DNA of 64,000 nt from a virus. Its lineage: Duplodnaviria > Heunggongvirae > Uroviricota > Caudoviricetes. Below are positions 7,589-18,451 of the stretch, one piece after another (the stretch's first letter is position 1; every line of letters starts with the position of its first letter). The notes beneath the pieces are model-generated. The model made no database searches and had not been told where the DNA came from. It worked only from the letters and a program-made list of their open reading frames with translations. A program made the translations under genes and the position numbers. The stretch spans positions 80,312 through 144,311 of the IMG/VR virus record IMGVR_UViG_3300013307_000018. One strand, written 5' to 3'.

Positions 7589-9754
7589 TCAGTAATTCGC
7601 CATTCCGAAACGTTGCGTTGCGCTCAGTCCACGGGAATGCAAATGCTGTCGGGTCCGTTCCTGCTTAGCTTCATTAATCATCGCATCAATGTTGCTGGCA
7701 TGGCCTCCTTGCTGTACCAGCTTGGCGTTGGTCAACCGGATACGTTGCTCAAGCTGCACGGTCTGGTACGGGTTGTCGGTCTTACGCAGGCGCTGGATCT
7801 GTTCTTCCAGTTCTGCTTGCAAGGACTCCAGCAGTTGCCCTCGCTCCCGGTCTGAATCACTGATGCCTTCACCGGTCTCAGAGATATCAGCAAACACCAC
7901 ATTAGGAATCCCGTACACCGAATGGTTCTTCGACACCATCAGGAACCACACTGTCATCAGGTAGGCAATCACGTGGTCATCGTGCGAGCCGTCCTGGTGG
8001 TCGATACGGCCTTTCTTAATCACCAGCCCACGAATCTCTGACGCCAACGTTTTGTCATGGATTTTACGGGCACCGCGTTTAATAGCCTCCATCAAAATGT
8101 CTTTGTAGAGTTCACGGCGACGCGGACCGTCAGTGATGAAACCAAAGTCACGACGGTGAGGGTCATAGAAGTACGTATCACGGCGACCGACTTGCGTCCC
8201 CATCACTTCCCGGTATTCCTCTTTGCGCAGCTGCTGGTCATCGACGAGACGGTTATACAGTCGTTTGAACGGGTCAATCCCTTTGGACTGCATCACATAC
8301 AACAACTGGTCCATGATGCCGGTCCCGGTGGACTTGCGTTCGATAATCGCCGTGACTTTTGGGTAGCGAATTAAGAAGTCACACAACCAATACGCATACC
8401 GTGTTAAATTTGTATCGTTGATGGTTGCCGTGCCCACCACAGCGAGGTCACGTACGTCCACTAACACATGCGCGATGGCATCGCGACCAATGGCCTCAGA
8501 GGTATCAATCCCCAGGACATAATTGCCTGCCGCCATGTTAGCAGCATGGTCGATTTTGCTGTCGTACCAACGGAACAAATACCGGTCGGTGGACAAATCC
8601 TGGTGGGTCGGGTCTTTCTCAGACTCACGAATCGCATCGGTCATCTCCACAGTCAACGGTGAATCTGCCCCACCGGATGCCCAGATAACACGGTAGTCTT
8701 TGTCAGCCTGTTCTTTCGAACCACGGGATTCGGCGATTTTACGGCGCAGCCATTCATCGGTTTTGCCGAGTTGGTTGTGGGTGAACGTACAGTTAACGGA
8801 AATGATGTCCGGGTTGGTCGAGCCGATTTTAATCATGTTGACTAAATCGTCACGGTTGTGGGTGTCGAACATCATCTCTGACCACTTGCAGGACTCCATC
8901 ACCAGGTTATAGATAAACCCACCGTCACGGTCATCAATGTTACCTGGGGTTGTGGTAAACACACGACCATAGGGTTGTCCTGACTTCGCTGCTTCATCGA
9001 CGACCGTACCCATCGCACCCAACACAGCCGGTACAGTGATACCGATAAACGGAATGAACGGGGCTTCGTCAAACCAGACCATAGGTGGTGTGGAACCACG
9101 GAACACGTTGTTCGCTGCTTTACGGTCATTACGGCCTACCTTGGAGGCAAACTCGTTACCGAGGGCGGCGTAGAAAATCCCGGTCTTGGAATCGGGGTTA
9201 TCCAGGTTTTTGTCTACGTCAATCAGATACGACGGCAGGCGCTCACCGATTTCTTTGATGGCTTCGATGGTCTCCAGTTTCAGCGTGGTGTCTTTGGTCA
9301 CCTGCCCAATCATGGAGTTCTCCATCCAGAAGCGCAAACAACCCTGGACAAGAGCAGCCATGCCGATCGTTTTCCCAACTTGTCGCAACATGATTAAGAA
9401 CACGTCAATGTGGTTGAAGAACAACCAGTACAAGCTCAGCGAGGCACGGTTCAGTTCAAAGCGGATGATTTCATTACCGGCTTTGGGTGGAATACGGCAC
9501 AACTCACGAAAGTAATACCACGGGTTGTAGCGGGCTTCTAAGAAGATGGCCAGCTTTTGTTCCGAGGTCAGGTTCTCTTCATCAAATGGGTCTACACCCT
9601 GGAGTTCAGGGTTATGAAGGGCTAGCATGAACAAACAGTTCTGCACACCCATTTCATGTAGCACTTTAGCAATACGGACAAAGGACGTATTTTTGGTGTA
9701 ATAGTCAGGAATGGCGCCGGGGTAGCGTGCCCAGTCTTCGGCAAAAAGAATCAT
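7589..9754 (-). CDS. terL: Terminase large subunit
   Basis: Walker A RQVGKT, Walker B VWFDE, nuclease motifs GIDTSEAIGRD and HDDHVIAYL; N-terminus MILFAEDWARYPGAIPDYYTKNTSF typical of phiKZ-like terminases. Confidence 0.95.
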   Translation of the reverse strand: MILFAEDWARYPGAIPDYYTKNTSFVRIAKVLHEMGVQNCLFMLALHNPELQGVDPFDEENLTSEQKLAIFLEARYNPWYYFRELCRIPPKAGNEIIRFELNRASLSLYWLFFNHIDVFLIMLRQVGKTIGMAALVQGCLRFWMENSMIGQVTKDTTLKLETIEAIKEIGERLPSYLIDVDKNLDNPDSKTGIFYAALGNEFASKVGRNDRKAANNVFRGSTPPMVWFDEAPFIPFIGITVPAVLGAMGTVVDEAAKSGQPYGRVFTTTPGNIDDRDGGFIYNLVMESCKWSEMMFDTHNRDDLVNMIKIGSTNPDIISVNCTFTHNQLGKTDEWLRRKIAESRGSKEQADKDYRVIWASGGADSPLTVEMTDAIRESEKDPTHQDLSTDRYLFRWYDSKIDHAANMAAGNYVLGIDTSEAIGRDAIAHVLVDVRDLAVVGTATINDTNLTRYAYWLCDFLIRYPKVTAIIERKSTGTGIMDQLLYVMQSKGIDPFKRLYNRLVDDQQLRKEEYREVMGTQVGRRDTYFYDPHRRDFGFITDGPRRRELYKDILMEAIKRGARKIHDKTLASEIRGLVIKKGRIDHQDGSHDDHVIAYLMTVWFLMVSKNHSVYGIPNVVFADISETGEGISDSDRERGQLLESLQAELEEQIQRLRKTDNPYQTVQLEQRIRLTNAKLVQQGGHASNIDAMINEAKQERTRQHLHSRGLSATQRFGMANY

Positions 9755-9813
9755 GAATCCTCACTTACAGCGGGGCAGTACCCGTAGGCACCACCTCCGC
9801 TGGAGTGTTGTTG

Positions 9814-11541
9814 TTAACTGTTGATTGACGTGCCGTCTGTGTAGTCGGTAACGTGACGCACCACCATTGGTGACGCCCCCAGGAACAGTTCGTTAGAGCC
9901 GTCCCGATACAGCCAGCGCAGGTTGATACCTTCACCAACCGTTCCGCCCGTTTTAATGGCAAGTTCCTGATTCCATTGAGAAATCGGGAATTCCACTTCC
10001 ACATCAGAGGCCGCCACCACGACGAAATGCGTCGGCTTCAGGCCCTGGGTTTCGGTATCCGGGAAGAACAGCGGTTGGGTACGGTAGTACACCGCCTCCA
10101 GCCATTCGTCCTGGGTCTTCGCCCCACAGTCCACTTTCACGCCCCAGTTATCCACGGAGCCGAACTTGAACTTGGCACTGATGCCTTTCCCGTACATCGG
10201 GTCCTGACCTGGTGCATAGCGGATGTACCACGGGTCGCCGTCGGTTGGACCGTCTTGCACTAACGTGATGCTGAAGGTCTGCGCATGGCGAATCGCCTCA
10301 AAGCGCGTGTCCACTTTGCTCAAATCAATCGTGACGGTCAGGTTCTGACGTTGACCATACAGTTTCGGCTGGAAGTCCGCCGACAGCTGACCCAGCGTCA
10401 CGTACGGGGTGACGTAGTAGAACGTTTTGCGGTCCAGGGAGAACATCCAGTAATCCAGACGGTAACCGGTGTTGTCATCTACCCAGGTCGGTACCACAAA
10501 CAGTTTCACCGCAGAAGCCCCATCGACTGGTGTGACTTCGGCATGATACAACTGCGTGATAAACCGGTTGTCGCCGTCGCTGGTTTGGGCGCCGTAGGTC
10601 TCTTCGGTGGAGTCGAGGTAGTACCCCAACACCAGTGGGATTTTCTGTCCCACGATGGTGGCCGTGAAGTTCTCAAAGCCCATCACCCGCATCTTACCCG
10701 ATACGCCAAGCGTAATCGTCTGTTTACGACTGGAGCCGTCGCTGTAGCTGATTACGCCCTGCATCGCAATGGACGCCACATCCGTGTACAACGGAATGCG
10801 GAACAGGTTCTCCTGCGCCGTTGACAGGAACGGAGACGCAATGCTGATGCCCGTGACGTAACGCGTACCTGCAATCCCGGTCGCCGTAAAGGAGGTGTCT
10901 TTAATCAGCATCTTCTGATAACTGACCACAGCATTGTCATCGGAGTACACCACCACTGTCACGACTTCCCCGTCCTTCAGGTCTTCAGAAGTATAGGACA
11001 GTTTCGGGACTTTGATAGCGGTGTTGGTGGTATCCTGCATCGCCACGAGTTCCAGTGGGATGTGGTCAGTACCGATGTGACCGGTTTCATCCACCATGTA
11101 ACCAATCACCCGGCCCGTGGCTTCACTGATGTCAGTGCCCCGGAAAATCATCACGTAGGAGGCCTGTGAACCGTACAGACGCATACGCTTGTCAATGGCC
11201 AACACGTGTGGGGTAACACGACGGTCGTAGTACACACGAGAGGATTCAGAGGCGTAACCGGGGATGGTTCCCAGTAACACATCCAGCTCGTTGTTCCCGG
11301 TGGTGGGAGCGGTCCACGGTTCCCACGTCGCAATGAGGGAACCCACATCTAAATCGGTGACCCGATAAAGACCGGTTTCCCAGTCCAGGATACCGTCGCC
11401 CACTTCAGGCACATACCGACCGGTACCGTTAGGCCCGGTGTAGACCTGTGACAGGGCATACCACGTAAAGCGGTCTTTGTCTACCGCATCGCGCAACGTC
11501 GATAGGCGGATGGGTACAATTGGGTCTGCCATTTTAATCAA
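9814..11541 (-). CDS. Tail/baseplate structural protein (phiKZ gp26-like by synteny)
   Basis: 575 aa between terminase and sheath; YTGPNGTGRYVPEVGD start; beta-rich composition. Confidence 0.7.
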   Translation of the reverse strand: MIKMADPIVPIRLSTLRDAVDKDRFTWYALSQVYTGPNGTGRYVPEVGDGILDWETGLYRVTDLDVGSLIATWEPWTAPTTGNNELDVLLGTIPGYASESSRVYYDRRVTPHVLAIDKRMRLYGSQASYVMIFRGTDISEATGRVIGYMVDETGHIGTDHIPLELVAMQDTTNTAIKVPKLSYTSEDLKDGEVVTVVVYSDDNAVVSYQKMLIKDTSFTATGIAGTRYVTGISIASPFLSTAQENLFRIPLYTDVASIAMQGVISYSDGSSRKQTITLGVSGKMRVMGFENFTATIVGQKIPLVLGYYLDSTEETYGAQTSDGDNRFITQLYHAEVTPVDGASAVKLFVVPTWVDDNTGYRLDYWMFSLDRKTFYYVTPYVTLGQLSADFQPKLYGQRQNLTVTIDLSKVDTRFEAIRHAQTFSITLVQDGPTDGDPWYIRYAPGQDPMYGKGISAKFKFGSVDNWGVKVDCGAKTQDEWLEAVYYRTQPLFFPDTETQGLKPTHFVVVAASDVEVEFPISQWNQELAIKTGGTVGEGINLRWLYRDGSNELFLGASPMVVRHVTDYTDGTSINS

Positions 11542-14090
11542 TCCTCAATGGTCAAAAAGCGAGAAAGAGTCACCTGGTCACGTAGCAACAGCGTGTTAAT
11601 GCGCTGCAGGTAACTGAAGGCTTCCTGCTTTAACGCAACCGATGTCCAGGAAGAAATCGGATGGATGGTTTGGTAGTTGGCATCAATCCCCAACACACAC
11701 GGGTCGTAGGCGAGAATCCACCGGTAGTCAGCCACTGAGTCCAGGACTTGTTTGTCCGTCATGATGGTTTGTGGAATAGCGAGCACCCCATCAACGATAT
11801 CCCCGACCAGCCAGTTCATGAACGGCGAGAACACCTGGTAACGGGTGGGAATCGACGGGGCATCCGGGTAAACCACTTCCGGTAACAGAGGCGTCAGGTA
11901 ATCGCTCAGGCGACGACCCAGTTCCTGAGACCGTGCGCGGTACGCATAGGTATCGTACTCCCGTACCCCACGCAAGGGCACTGGCAGTTCCGCGACCTCA
12001 TACGGACGGCCTTCGTAGTCTGACGACACCCGCACCCCTGGATTGTCTTCGGAGAACTGCACGTCTGAACGCATGACCCCACCTTTCCCGGCGAGGGTAA
12101 TCTGCAACACCCGGTCATCCCGAATGTCGTATTTCCCGTCATAGCTCAGATAGCCGTTTTCCACAAAGCCCACATCCAATGGCGTTTCCGACGTCATGTC
12201 TGGTTTTGCAAACCCATAACCCCGAATGTCCACGATGTTGTCCTGGGTATCGTCACGCAACAAATACTCTTTGTTGATGATAACAATCACCGGGAACTGC
12301 ACCACAAAATCAATCCCCTGCACCAACCGCTTTTTATTCAGCCATACGTCCAGTCGACCAAACGGGATATAGAGAACCGTTCCATCGGTGTCCGTGTAGG
12401 TCAAGGTAAAGCGATACAGGTTGTAGGACGTCGGTATGGCGTACGTACGGGCCAGGAAGCGGTCGTCCTGCTTCACGGCACCCTGCCAGTGGTTCACGTC
12501 ATGCGTCCAGTATACGACCCCGTTAGAGACCTGTACGTGCGCACTGTCGTTGGCATCGATTTCAATCCACTCGTTGGTCACCACCCGGGCTTTCTTCGGG
12601 GAGACGTACAACCGATACCCGTTGTTGGGATTGAGTGTGACCTGGTCATTGCCGAGCACCAGATTCAGGGACTTGCTCCCCCGACCACTCAGGGCTTCAA
12701 TCGTGACTGCCGTGGCATTGCGGGCGTAGTAGCGACCGCCAGAGGAGTGGTAGTACCACCCCAGCAACATCCCGTCTTTATCGTACTCATAGACAGTGGC
12801 GTTGTCGTACAACCCATAAGGCAATACACTGAACCGCTCCCCGTTGCTAAGTACCGTGAGTTTCTGTGGGGTGTCACCCACTAACTTGGCCGTGGCATCG
12901 TAACCGTAGGCGTCCAGTACCCGAGGCAGAGTAATCTCCGGCCAGCGTGCCCGCATGAGGTACGTGTAGTTACTGGACTCCAGGCCATCGGCGGTCCACT
13001 CAGGAATCGTGGCATTTACGCCAACCATCGCTTCGAGGATTTGTGCGTCGGTGAGTTTGTAGAGTTCGTGGATGTGATGATGTTCGTTGACCAGTGCACG
13101 CTCGTACCCACTGCGACGCATCTGTACCCGAATCACTAACCCTTCCAGGTTATCCCAACTCGGGTGGCCGTTGACAAACGCCTGTACGGTGTGTACCGGC
13201 AAGCCATAGTCCGCGTGCGTCACCATACGGACCGCGTTCTCTTTGGCTCGGTAGTAATAGATGCCACTGAGTCGTTCGCCGTCTTTCTTATACAGGAACA
13301 CATCGATGTCATCCCGGTACTGGATACTGGCAACCGCATCGGCTTTCTTTGGATGGAGCAGGTATTTCGCTACCGCATCCAGAGTAGAGCGATACGACTT
13401 CAACCCGGATAAGGGAAAGTCCGTGACCCGGTAGATAGATGGGTCATACACAAACTCCAGTATGTCACCGGCTTTTACGTTCGTGGTGGCAAAGTCCGTA
13501 CGGTAGTACCCGTTATGAAAGGCGTAGGCAAATCCCGGCAACGCTTGAGCCGCCCGGTACTGGTCAGCCAGACTGGCCACGGCGGCCAGGCTTGCCATTT
13601 TACCGCCGTTGACCTGAATGGCATTGGCCCCATCATAGCGACCGGAATCAAAGAACGCATTGGAGTACAACCGCAACATCAACGGCTCGGCATCCAGGTT
13701 GGTAATCGCCTCGTGAATCTGCACGGCTAGCACGTAGTTCTTGTCATTGGTACGGGCGATGTATGATGTCGTGCGTGGATACTGCCGCCCATCCCGAATC
13801 ACCAAATCCACAATCTGCTGACGAACAGTGCAAAGCTCAGACAACGCCATCCACTGGTTGGTCTGGGTTGGCAGGTTGAGTTGGGGTGGGAAGTTTGACC
13901 CGATTTGGTACAGATGAAAGCTTGTGTTTGCCACGGGCATGCGAATGCGGTCCCACAACAAATCCATGCTGTCAGTGACACCACCAATCGGGGTCAGGCG
14001 ATGTAGTTCCAACAATGCTTGGTGGTCCTGGTAGGGACTGCACCAGACGTTAGCACGCGCGTGTTCAACCAGGAACTCACTCATTATCAA
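11538..14090 (-). CDS. Tail/baseplate structural protein (phiKZ gp27-like by synteny)
   Basis: 850 aa; VEHARANVWCSPYQDHQ start and LDVWLNKKRLVQGIDF motif; conserved position. Confidence 0.7.
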   Translation of the reverse strand: MIMSEFLVEHARANVWCSPYQDHQALLELHRLTPIGGVTDSMDLLWDRIRMPVANTSFHLYQIGSNFPPQLNLPTQTNQWMALSELCTVRQQIVDLVIRDGRQYPRTTSYIARTNDKNYVLAVQIHEAITNLDAEPLMLRLYSNAFFDSGRYDGANAIQVNGGKMASLAAVASLADQYRAAQALPGFAYAFHNGYYRTDFATTNVKAGDILEFVYDPSIYRVTDFPLSGLKSYRSTLDAVAKYLLHPKKADAVASIQYRDDIDVFLYKKDGERLSGIYYYRAKENAVRMVTHADYGLPVHTVQAFVNGHPSWDNLEGLVIRVQMRRSGYERALVNEHHHIHELYKLTDAQILEAMVGVNATIPEWTADGLESSNYTYLMRARWPEITLPRVLDAYGYDATAKLVGDTPQKLTVLSNGERFSVLPYGLYDNATVYEYDKDGMLLGWYYHSSGGRYYARNATAVTIEALSGRGSKSLNLVLGNDQVTLNPNNGYRLYVSPKKARVVTNEWIEIDANDSAHVQVSNGVVYWTHDVNHWQGAVKQDDRFLARTYAIPTSYNLYRFTLTYTDTDGTVLYIPFGRLDVWLNKKRLVQGIDFVVQFPVIVIINKEYLLRDDTQDNIVDIRGYGFAKPDMTSETPLDVGFVENGYLSYDGKYDIRDDRVLQITLAGKGGVMRSDVQFSEDNPGVRVSSDYEGRPYEVAELPVPLRGVREYDTYAYRARSQELGRRLSDYLTPLLPEVVYPDAPSIPTRYQVFSPFMNWLVGDIVDGVLAIPQTIMTDKQVLDSVADYRWILAYDPCVLGIDANYQTIHPISSWTSVALKQEAFSYLQRINTLLLRDQVTLSRFLTIED

Positions 14091-15058
14091 TCCTCGTCGT
14101 GACCCACCAAACTTTCGAATGCATGGTTAAAGAGTTTAAAGGCATTTTGACGGTCATACGGCTTCGCCGCCATCTGCAATGGGGTCTTGTTATAGCTGCG
14201 GTCATTCACGATGGCATGCACAATCGCCAGGAAGGTTGGTGGGTATTCAATGGCCACGGCCAGGACTTCATCCGGACGGGTCACGCCAAAGAAGCCTTTG
14301 GTGGTGATCGTATAGAAGCTACCAATCGACAAATGTTCCAGGCGCATGCCGTAGTCCCCGGTGCTGAACAGTTTCACCAAACCCGGTACGTCTTGTGGCA
14401 TCTCATCCGGTACCCATTCCAGTACCAGACTGATGGCAATGCCGGTGCACTGTGAAACCTTGCTCGCCAGCTTCTGCATCATGTTCCGGTCGAGTGCGGA
14501 CTGGGAAAATAAGCCAATATAGAAGTAAGCCATCATCACCCGAATCTGTTGATGGAAGGTCTCTTCAACAGCCAGACCGCGAATGATTTGTTCACTGACC
14601 CAACGACTGTAGACAGACACGGGGAGATTGGACAGTCCGAGCAGCGCGTCGGCCGTATCCACACCCCACATGTACTGCAGAACCGCCCGGTTCACAGTGA
14701 TAGCGGCGCCACCGTAAGGGGCGATTTTAATCACGGTACCGCCTGGGTTTTCCACCACGTTGACATTGCGTTTGTATTGACGTAAGTCAACCACGACCTT
14801 GCGACCACGGTTGGCATCATCCAGAATAATCGGATGAAGGAAAATCGGGATTTCTGGATCATCGATTACGGCGACCAGCCAGGGAGTTGCGGGGTCTAAC
14901 ACACGCAAACGCTTTTGGATGTCAGCTTGCTGTAACGCCAGTTCAACCTTAGCGGTGTTGAACTTACTGCCAATCGTGGTGCTATAGGGTGAACCAAACA
15001 TAATCTGTTTCCTTGTAGAAGTATTTTTTGACTGAACTGACATATTTAGGTCGCTCAT
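14087..15058 (-). CDS. Virion structural protein (phiKZ gp28-like by synteny)
   Basis: Divergent from the sheath gene; LAVAIEYPPTFLAIV motif. Confidence 0.65.
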   Translation of the reverse strand: MSDLNMSVQSKNTSTRKQIMFGSPYSTTIGSKFNTAKVELALQQADIQKRLRVLDPATPWLVAVIDDPEIPIFLHPIILDDANRGRKVVVDLRQYKRNVNVVENPGGTVIKIAPYGGAAITVNRAVLQYMWGVDTADALLGLSNLPVSVYSRWVSEQIIRGLAVEETFHQQIRVMMAYFYIGLFSQSALDRNMMQKLASKVSQCTGIAISLVLEWVPDEMPQDVPGLVKLFSTGDYGMRLEHLSIGSFYTITTKGFFGVTRPDEVLAVAIEYPPTFLAIVHAIVNDRSYNKTPLQMAAKPYDRQNAFKLFNHAFESLVGHDED

Positions 15059-15166
15059 AAGTATGATGTGGATACGAGTGTCCGCAGACTGCTGATAAGA
15101 GACCTATCCACCTATACAATCTAAGTCCACCCCTTCTTTCTCGGAGGGGCAGAGGAAGGAGTCACC

Positions 15167-17263
15167 ATGTCCGGTATTAAGAACGCCGCTCCGATGGCCA
15201 GGTTACTCGGGATTCAGGACCTCAGCGGCAATACCATTGTCGCCGACATCGCCTTTACCCCGATCCACATGGCCTTTGTTCCACTTTACACCCAGCGTGG
15301 CCCAGATGCTCCGCAAGTGGTAGTGGGTTCTGCCCGTAGCAGCATTTACGGTGCAGATAGCTTTAACATGCGTAAGAACTACGCAAACCACGGTACTGTG
15401 TTGTCCAACGTGCTGAACGCCGCTGCGAACACCCAGATCATTTACCGTTTGAAACCAAAAGACGCACCGGGTCCGGCAACGACTCGTTACAGCCTGGAAG
15501 TGGTTGATACCGCAATTCCTCTGTACGAGCGCGATGTCACTGGCGCGTACAAAACCGACACCAACGGTAACCCTGTACCAACGGGCGAAACAGTCGATGG
15601 CCATGTGCTGCGCTGGACCGTGGGTCAGGCAACGGGTGGCGTAGGTCAAGGTGCGATTGGGACAGGCGATCTGGTGGTTGGTGAAGCAACCTCTACGAAG
15701 TATCCTATTTTCGATGACCGTGTCTCAAGCTGGGGCGCGTTTGGTAACAACGTCGGTCGCCGCATCTATGCCGTGACTGAGAAGTCTGAACCGGGTGTGG
15801 ACAGTGACGTAGCTACCACTGAAGGCACAGCACTGTACCGTATCCAGTATCTGGAACGTGCTACGCCGGCGTCTACGCCAACCATCACGTCTACTCTGTT
15901 CGGTGAGCAGTATGTGGAGTTCTCTCTGAAGCCAGGTGCGGTGAATGAGAAAACCGAAGCAGACCTGTTTATCGACAACACGGTCATGAAGCAGTACCGT
16001 GATGTGGACTTGTCTACCGGTGACGCACCCCAGTTCGGTCCGGTTGACAAAATCTACACTTACCACGCCAACGTGGCGACTGTGCTGAAGAAGCTCTATG
16101 CCTCTGAATGCGCACATACCGGTAAGACCCCAGTAGATGGTCAGGAATACCTGATGAACATCATGGACGGTCTGGACCTCGATGGCAACCCGTTTGAAAC
16201 CTTCGTGGTTCAAGGGGCGCTGGATGCCGGTGCGGCGTCTATGACTTCCACAGCGGTGCATTATTCTGCTGGCGGTGGCGACGGTACCATGTCTGATGCA
16301 CTGTACGCTGAACTGGTACGTGACCTAATGAACGGCTTCGAAACCAACGAATTCGATCTCATGGACATGGCCAAATATCCAATGACCACGGTCTGGGATA
16401 CCGGTTTTGATATCGCCACCAAAAAGACGCTGCTGATGCCAATGTCACTGCGTAAAGATGTGTGGACCGTACTGTCGACGCAGGATGTCAACGAAGACCT
16501 GAACAGCCGTAGCGATGAGTCGTCTATCACCGTTGCGCTGCGTACGGCGGCGTTGCAGTTCCCTGAGTCAGAGTACTACGGTACCAAGACATGTCGTGCT
16601 ATCATCGTGGGCCATGGCGGAACACTGATTGATGACGCGGTTACTCGTCAGGCACCAATGACGATTGACCTGGCGAAGAAAGTGGCTGACTACATGGGTA
16701 GCAACAACGCAGTGCTGGTTAACGGCAAAGCGTTTGACCAGTTCCCGAACAACCTGGTCTCTAACCTGCGTGATGTCAACATCCCGTACAAAAATGCCAA
16801 AGTGCGCAACACTGATTGGTCTAACGGCCTGACCTGGGTGCAGCAGTTTGACGCAACGCGCCTGTTCTACCCTGCGATGCAGACCGTGTACGAAGACGAC
16901 ACGTCTGTGCTCAACAGCCTTATCACCATGGCGATTGCTGCCTACTGTGAGAAGATTGTCGTGCAGACCTGGAAACGCCTGACTGGCCGTAGCGACCTGA
17001 CCAAAGACCAGTTCATTGAACGCTCTAACCTCGACATCGCTGATGCCGTGAAGAACCGTTTCGATGACCGCGTGACCATCGTACCAGACACGTACTTCAG
17101 TGCTGACGACGATGCCCGTGGTTACAGCTGGTCTTGTAAGGTCAACATCTACGCCAACGTCATGAAAACCGTGGGTACCTATACCCTGGTTACGCGTCGT
17201 CTGGAAGATCTGGTTGGTGTGTCTACCGGCACCACTACGGCAACGCAAGCCACCGCAGCGTAA
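15167..17263 (+). CDS. Contractile tail sheath protein
   Basis: 698 aa; IKNAAPMARLLGIQDLS start, YDPMT/YPMTTVWDTGF..ATKK, LFYPAMQTVYEDDTSVLNS and C-terminal GYSWSCKVNIYANVMKTV; strong RBS. Confidence 0.93.
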   Translation: MSGIKNAAPMARLLGIQDLSGNTIVADIAFTPIHMAFVPLYTQRGPDAPQVVVGSARSSIYGADSFNMRKNYANHGTVLSNVLNAAANTQIIYRLKPKDAPGPATTRYSLEVVDTAIPLYERDVTGAYKTDTNGNPVPTGETVDGHVLRWTVGQATGGVGQGAIGTGDLVVGEATSTKYPIFDDRVSSWGAFGNNVGRRIYAVTEKSEPGVDSDVATTEGTALYRIQYLERATPASTPTITSTLFGEQYVEFSLKPGAVNEKTEADLFIDNTVMKQYRDVDLSTGDAPQFGPVDKIYTYHANVATVLKKLYASECAHTGKTPVDGQEYLMNIMDGLDLDGNPFETFVVQGALDAGAASMTSTAVHYSAGGGDGTMSDALYAELVRDLMNGFETNEFDLMDMAKYPMTTVWDTGFDIATKKTLLMPMSLRKDVWTVLSTQDVNEDLNSRSDESSITVALRTAALQFPESEYYGTKTCRAIIVGHGGTLIDDAVTRQAPMTIDLAKKVADYMGSNNAVLVNGKAFDQFPNNLVSNLRDVNIPYKNAKVRNTDWSNGLTWVQQFDATRLFYPAMQTVYEDDTSVLNSLITMAIAAYCEKIVVQTWKRLTGRSDLTKDQFIERSNLDIADAVKNRFDDRVTIVPDTYFSADDDARGYSWSCKVNIYANVMKTVGTYTLVTRRLEDLVGVSTGTTTATQATAA

Positions 17264-17320
17264 GTCTTTGCATGATTTAGGTCGGCCTTATACCGGGCCG
17301 ACCTATTGAGGAGAAAAACA

Positions 17321-18196
17321 ATGGTACAACGTTTAAAAGACGCGTTCATTGGCGATAAAGCGTACGGGAAGAACAACCATGCCCGCACCGTGGATTTGTC
17401 AATGGGCGGTCAGATGGGCCACCATACGCTGTTCGAGAACATGTTTGCGAACACCGCGTATGTCAGCCGTAACCTTATCTGTGTGCTGGTCGAAGCGCCT
17501 AAAGGTTTTCAGTATTTTGAAAACCCGTCGGACTGGGTCGGTGCCCTCAAGGTTCTGGTGGAAATGCATGCCCGTAGTTGGGAAGGTCTGCAGGCAGGTG
17601 TCACAGCGGAGTTCACTGAGAACGCCGTTGATGGTTCCGGTCAGATGCAGCAGGACATCTCCAACGTCACGCGTGCACGGTCAACCCCAACGTCAGTATT
17701 CCTGGAGAAACCAGGCAAACCAATCCGTTGGTTCCTGGAGCACTGGATTACCGGTCTGGGTATGGACCCGATTTCCAAAGTGCCAAACGTCGTGGCAATG
17801 AACAGCACCAACAAACCGACTGACATGCTGTCTGATGTTACCGGGGCGACCATGCTGTTCTTTGAACCCGATCCAACGTTCAGCTTCCCACAAGAAGCGT
17901 GGCTGTGCACCAACATGTTCCCGAACACCACGGGTGATGTTGTGGGTCGTCGTGACCTGACTGCAGCCGGCCAGAACCAGGAAATCACCGTGGAGTGGAC
18001 GGCGGTAACGCAGCATGGCGTGGGTGTGATGAACTTCGCGCAACGTGTCATGAACTCCATGAACCTGGCGGGTACCAACCCGAACATGGAAGATGCGTTC
18101 ATCACCAGTATTTCTGCGGATGTAACTGCTATCGACCAGGGTTACGTGGAATCAGTCAATGCACTGAACGCGAACCAGGTTTCTGCCGAAGCATAA
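17321..18196 (+). CDS. Tail tube protein
   Basis: Follows the sheath gene; ANTAYVSRNLICVLVEAPKGF, LFFEPDPT, AWLCTNMFP, GRRDL motifs; GAGGAG RBS before ATG 17321. Confidence 0.9.
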   Translation: MVQRLKDAFIGDKAYGKNNHARTVDLSMGGQMGHHTLFENMFANTAYVSRNLICVLVEAPKGFQYFENPSDWVGALKVLVEMHARSWEGLQAGVTAEFTENAVDGSGQMQQDISNVTRARSTPTSVFLEKPGKPIRWFLEHWITGLGMDPISKVPNVVAMNSTNKPTDMLSDVTGATMLFFEPDPTFSFPQEAWLCTNMFPNTTGDVVGRRDLTAAGQNQEITVEWTAVTQHGVGVMNFAQRVMNSMNLAGTNPNMEDAFITSISADVTAIDQGYVESVNALNANQVSAEA

Positions 18197-18205
18197 CTGT
18201 TTTCA

Positions 18206-18292
18206 ACGGGAGGGGAAACCTTCCCGTTTATGCCGCCAAACAAAAAAATAAAGAGGTGACAGTGTGGGGCTGAGGACCCGAAGGCCCTCAGC
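18206..18292. terminator. Back-to-back terminators at a convergent junction
   Basis: + strand ACGGGAGGG-GAAA-CCTTCCCGT-TTA (18206-18230); minus strand GCTGAGGGCC-TTCG-GGTCCTCAGC (18269-18292) then CTCTTTATTTTTTT. Confidence 0.8.
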
Positions 18293-18449
18293 GTGTTGCA
18301 ACTTGATAAATCATTGAAGCGATGAGAACAACCGGCACAGACATCAGTACCAGGAATAACCAGTACGGAATCACCGGCTGGACATAGCCGTCTTTGTTAT
18401 CCCAGCAGTCACGGTTTTCTTTATAACGTTTGGCAATGGCTTTTAACAT
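18288..18449 (-). CDS. Small membrane protein (53 aa)
   Basis: MLKAIAKRYKENRDCWDNKDGYVQPVIPYWLFLVLMSVPVVLIASMIYQVATR*; GGAG RBS; below the track's size cut-off. Confidence 0.7.
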   Translation of the reverse strand: MLKAIAKRYKENRDCWDNKDGYVQPVIPYWLFLVLMSVPVVLIASMIYQVATR

Positions 18450-18451
18450 GG

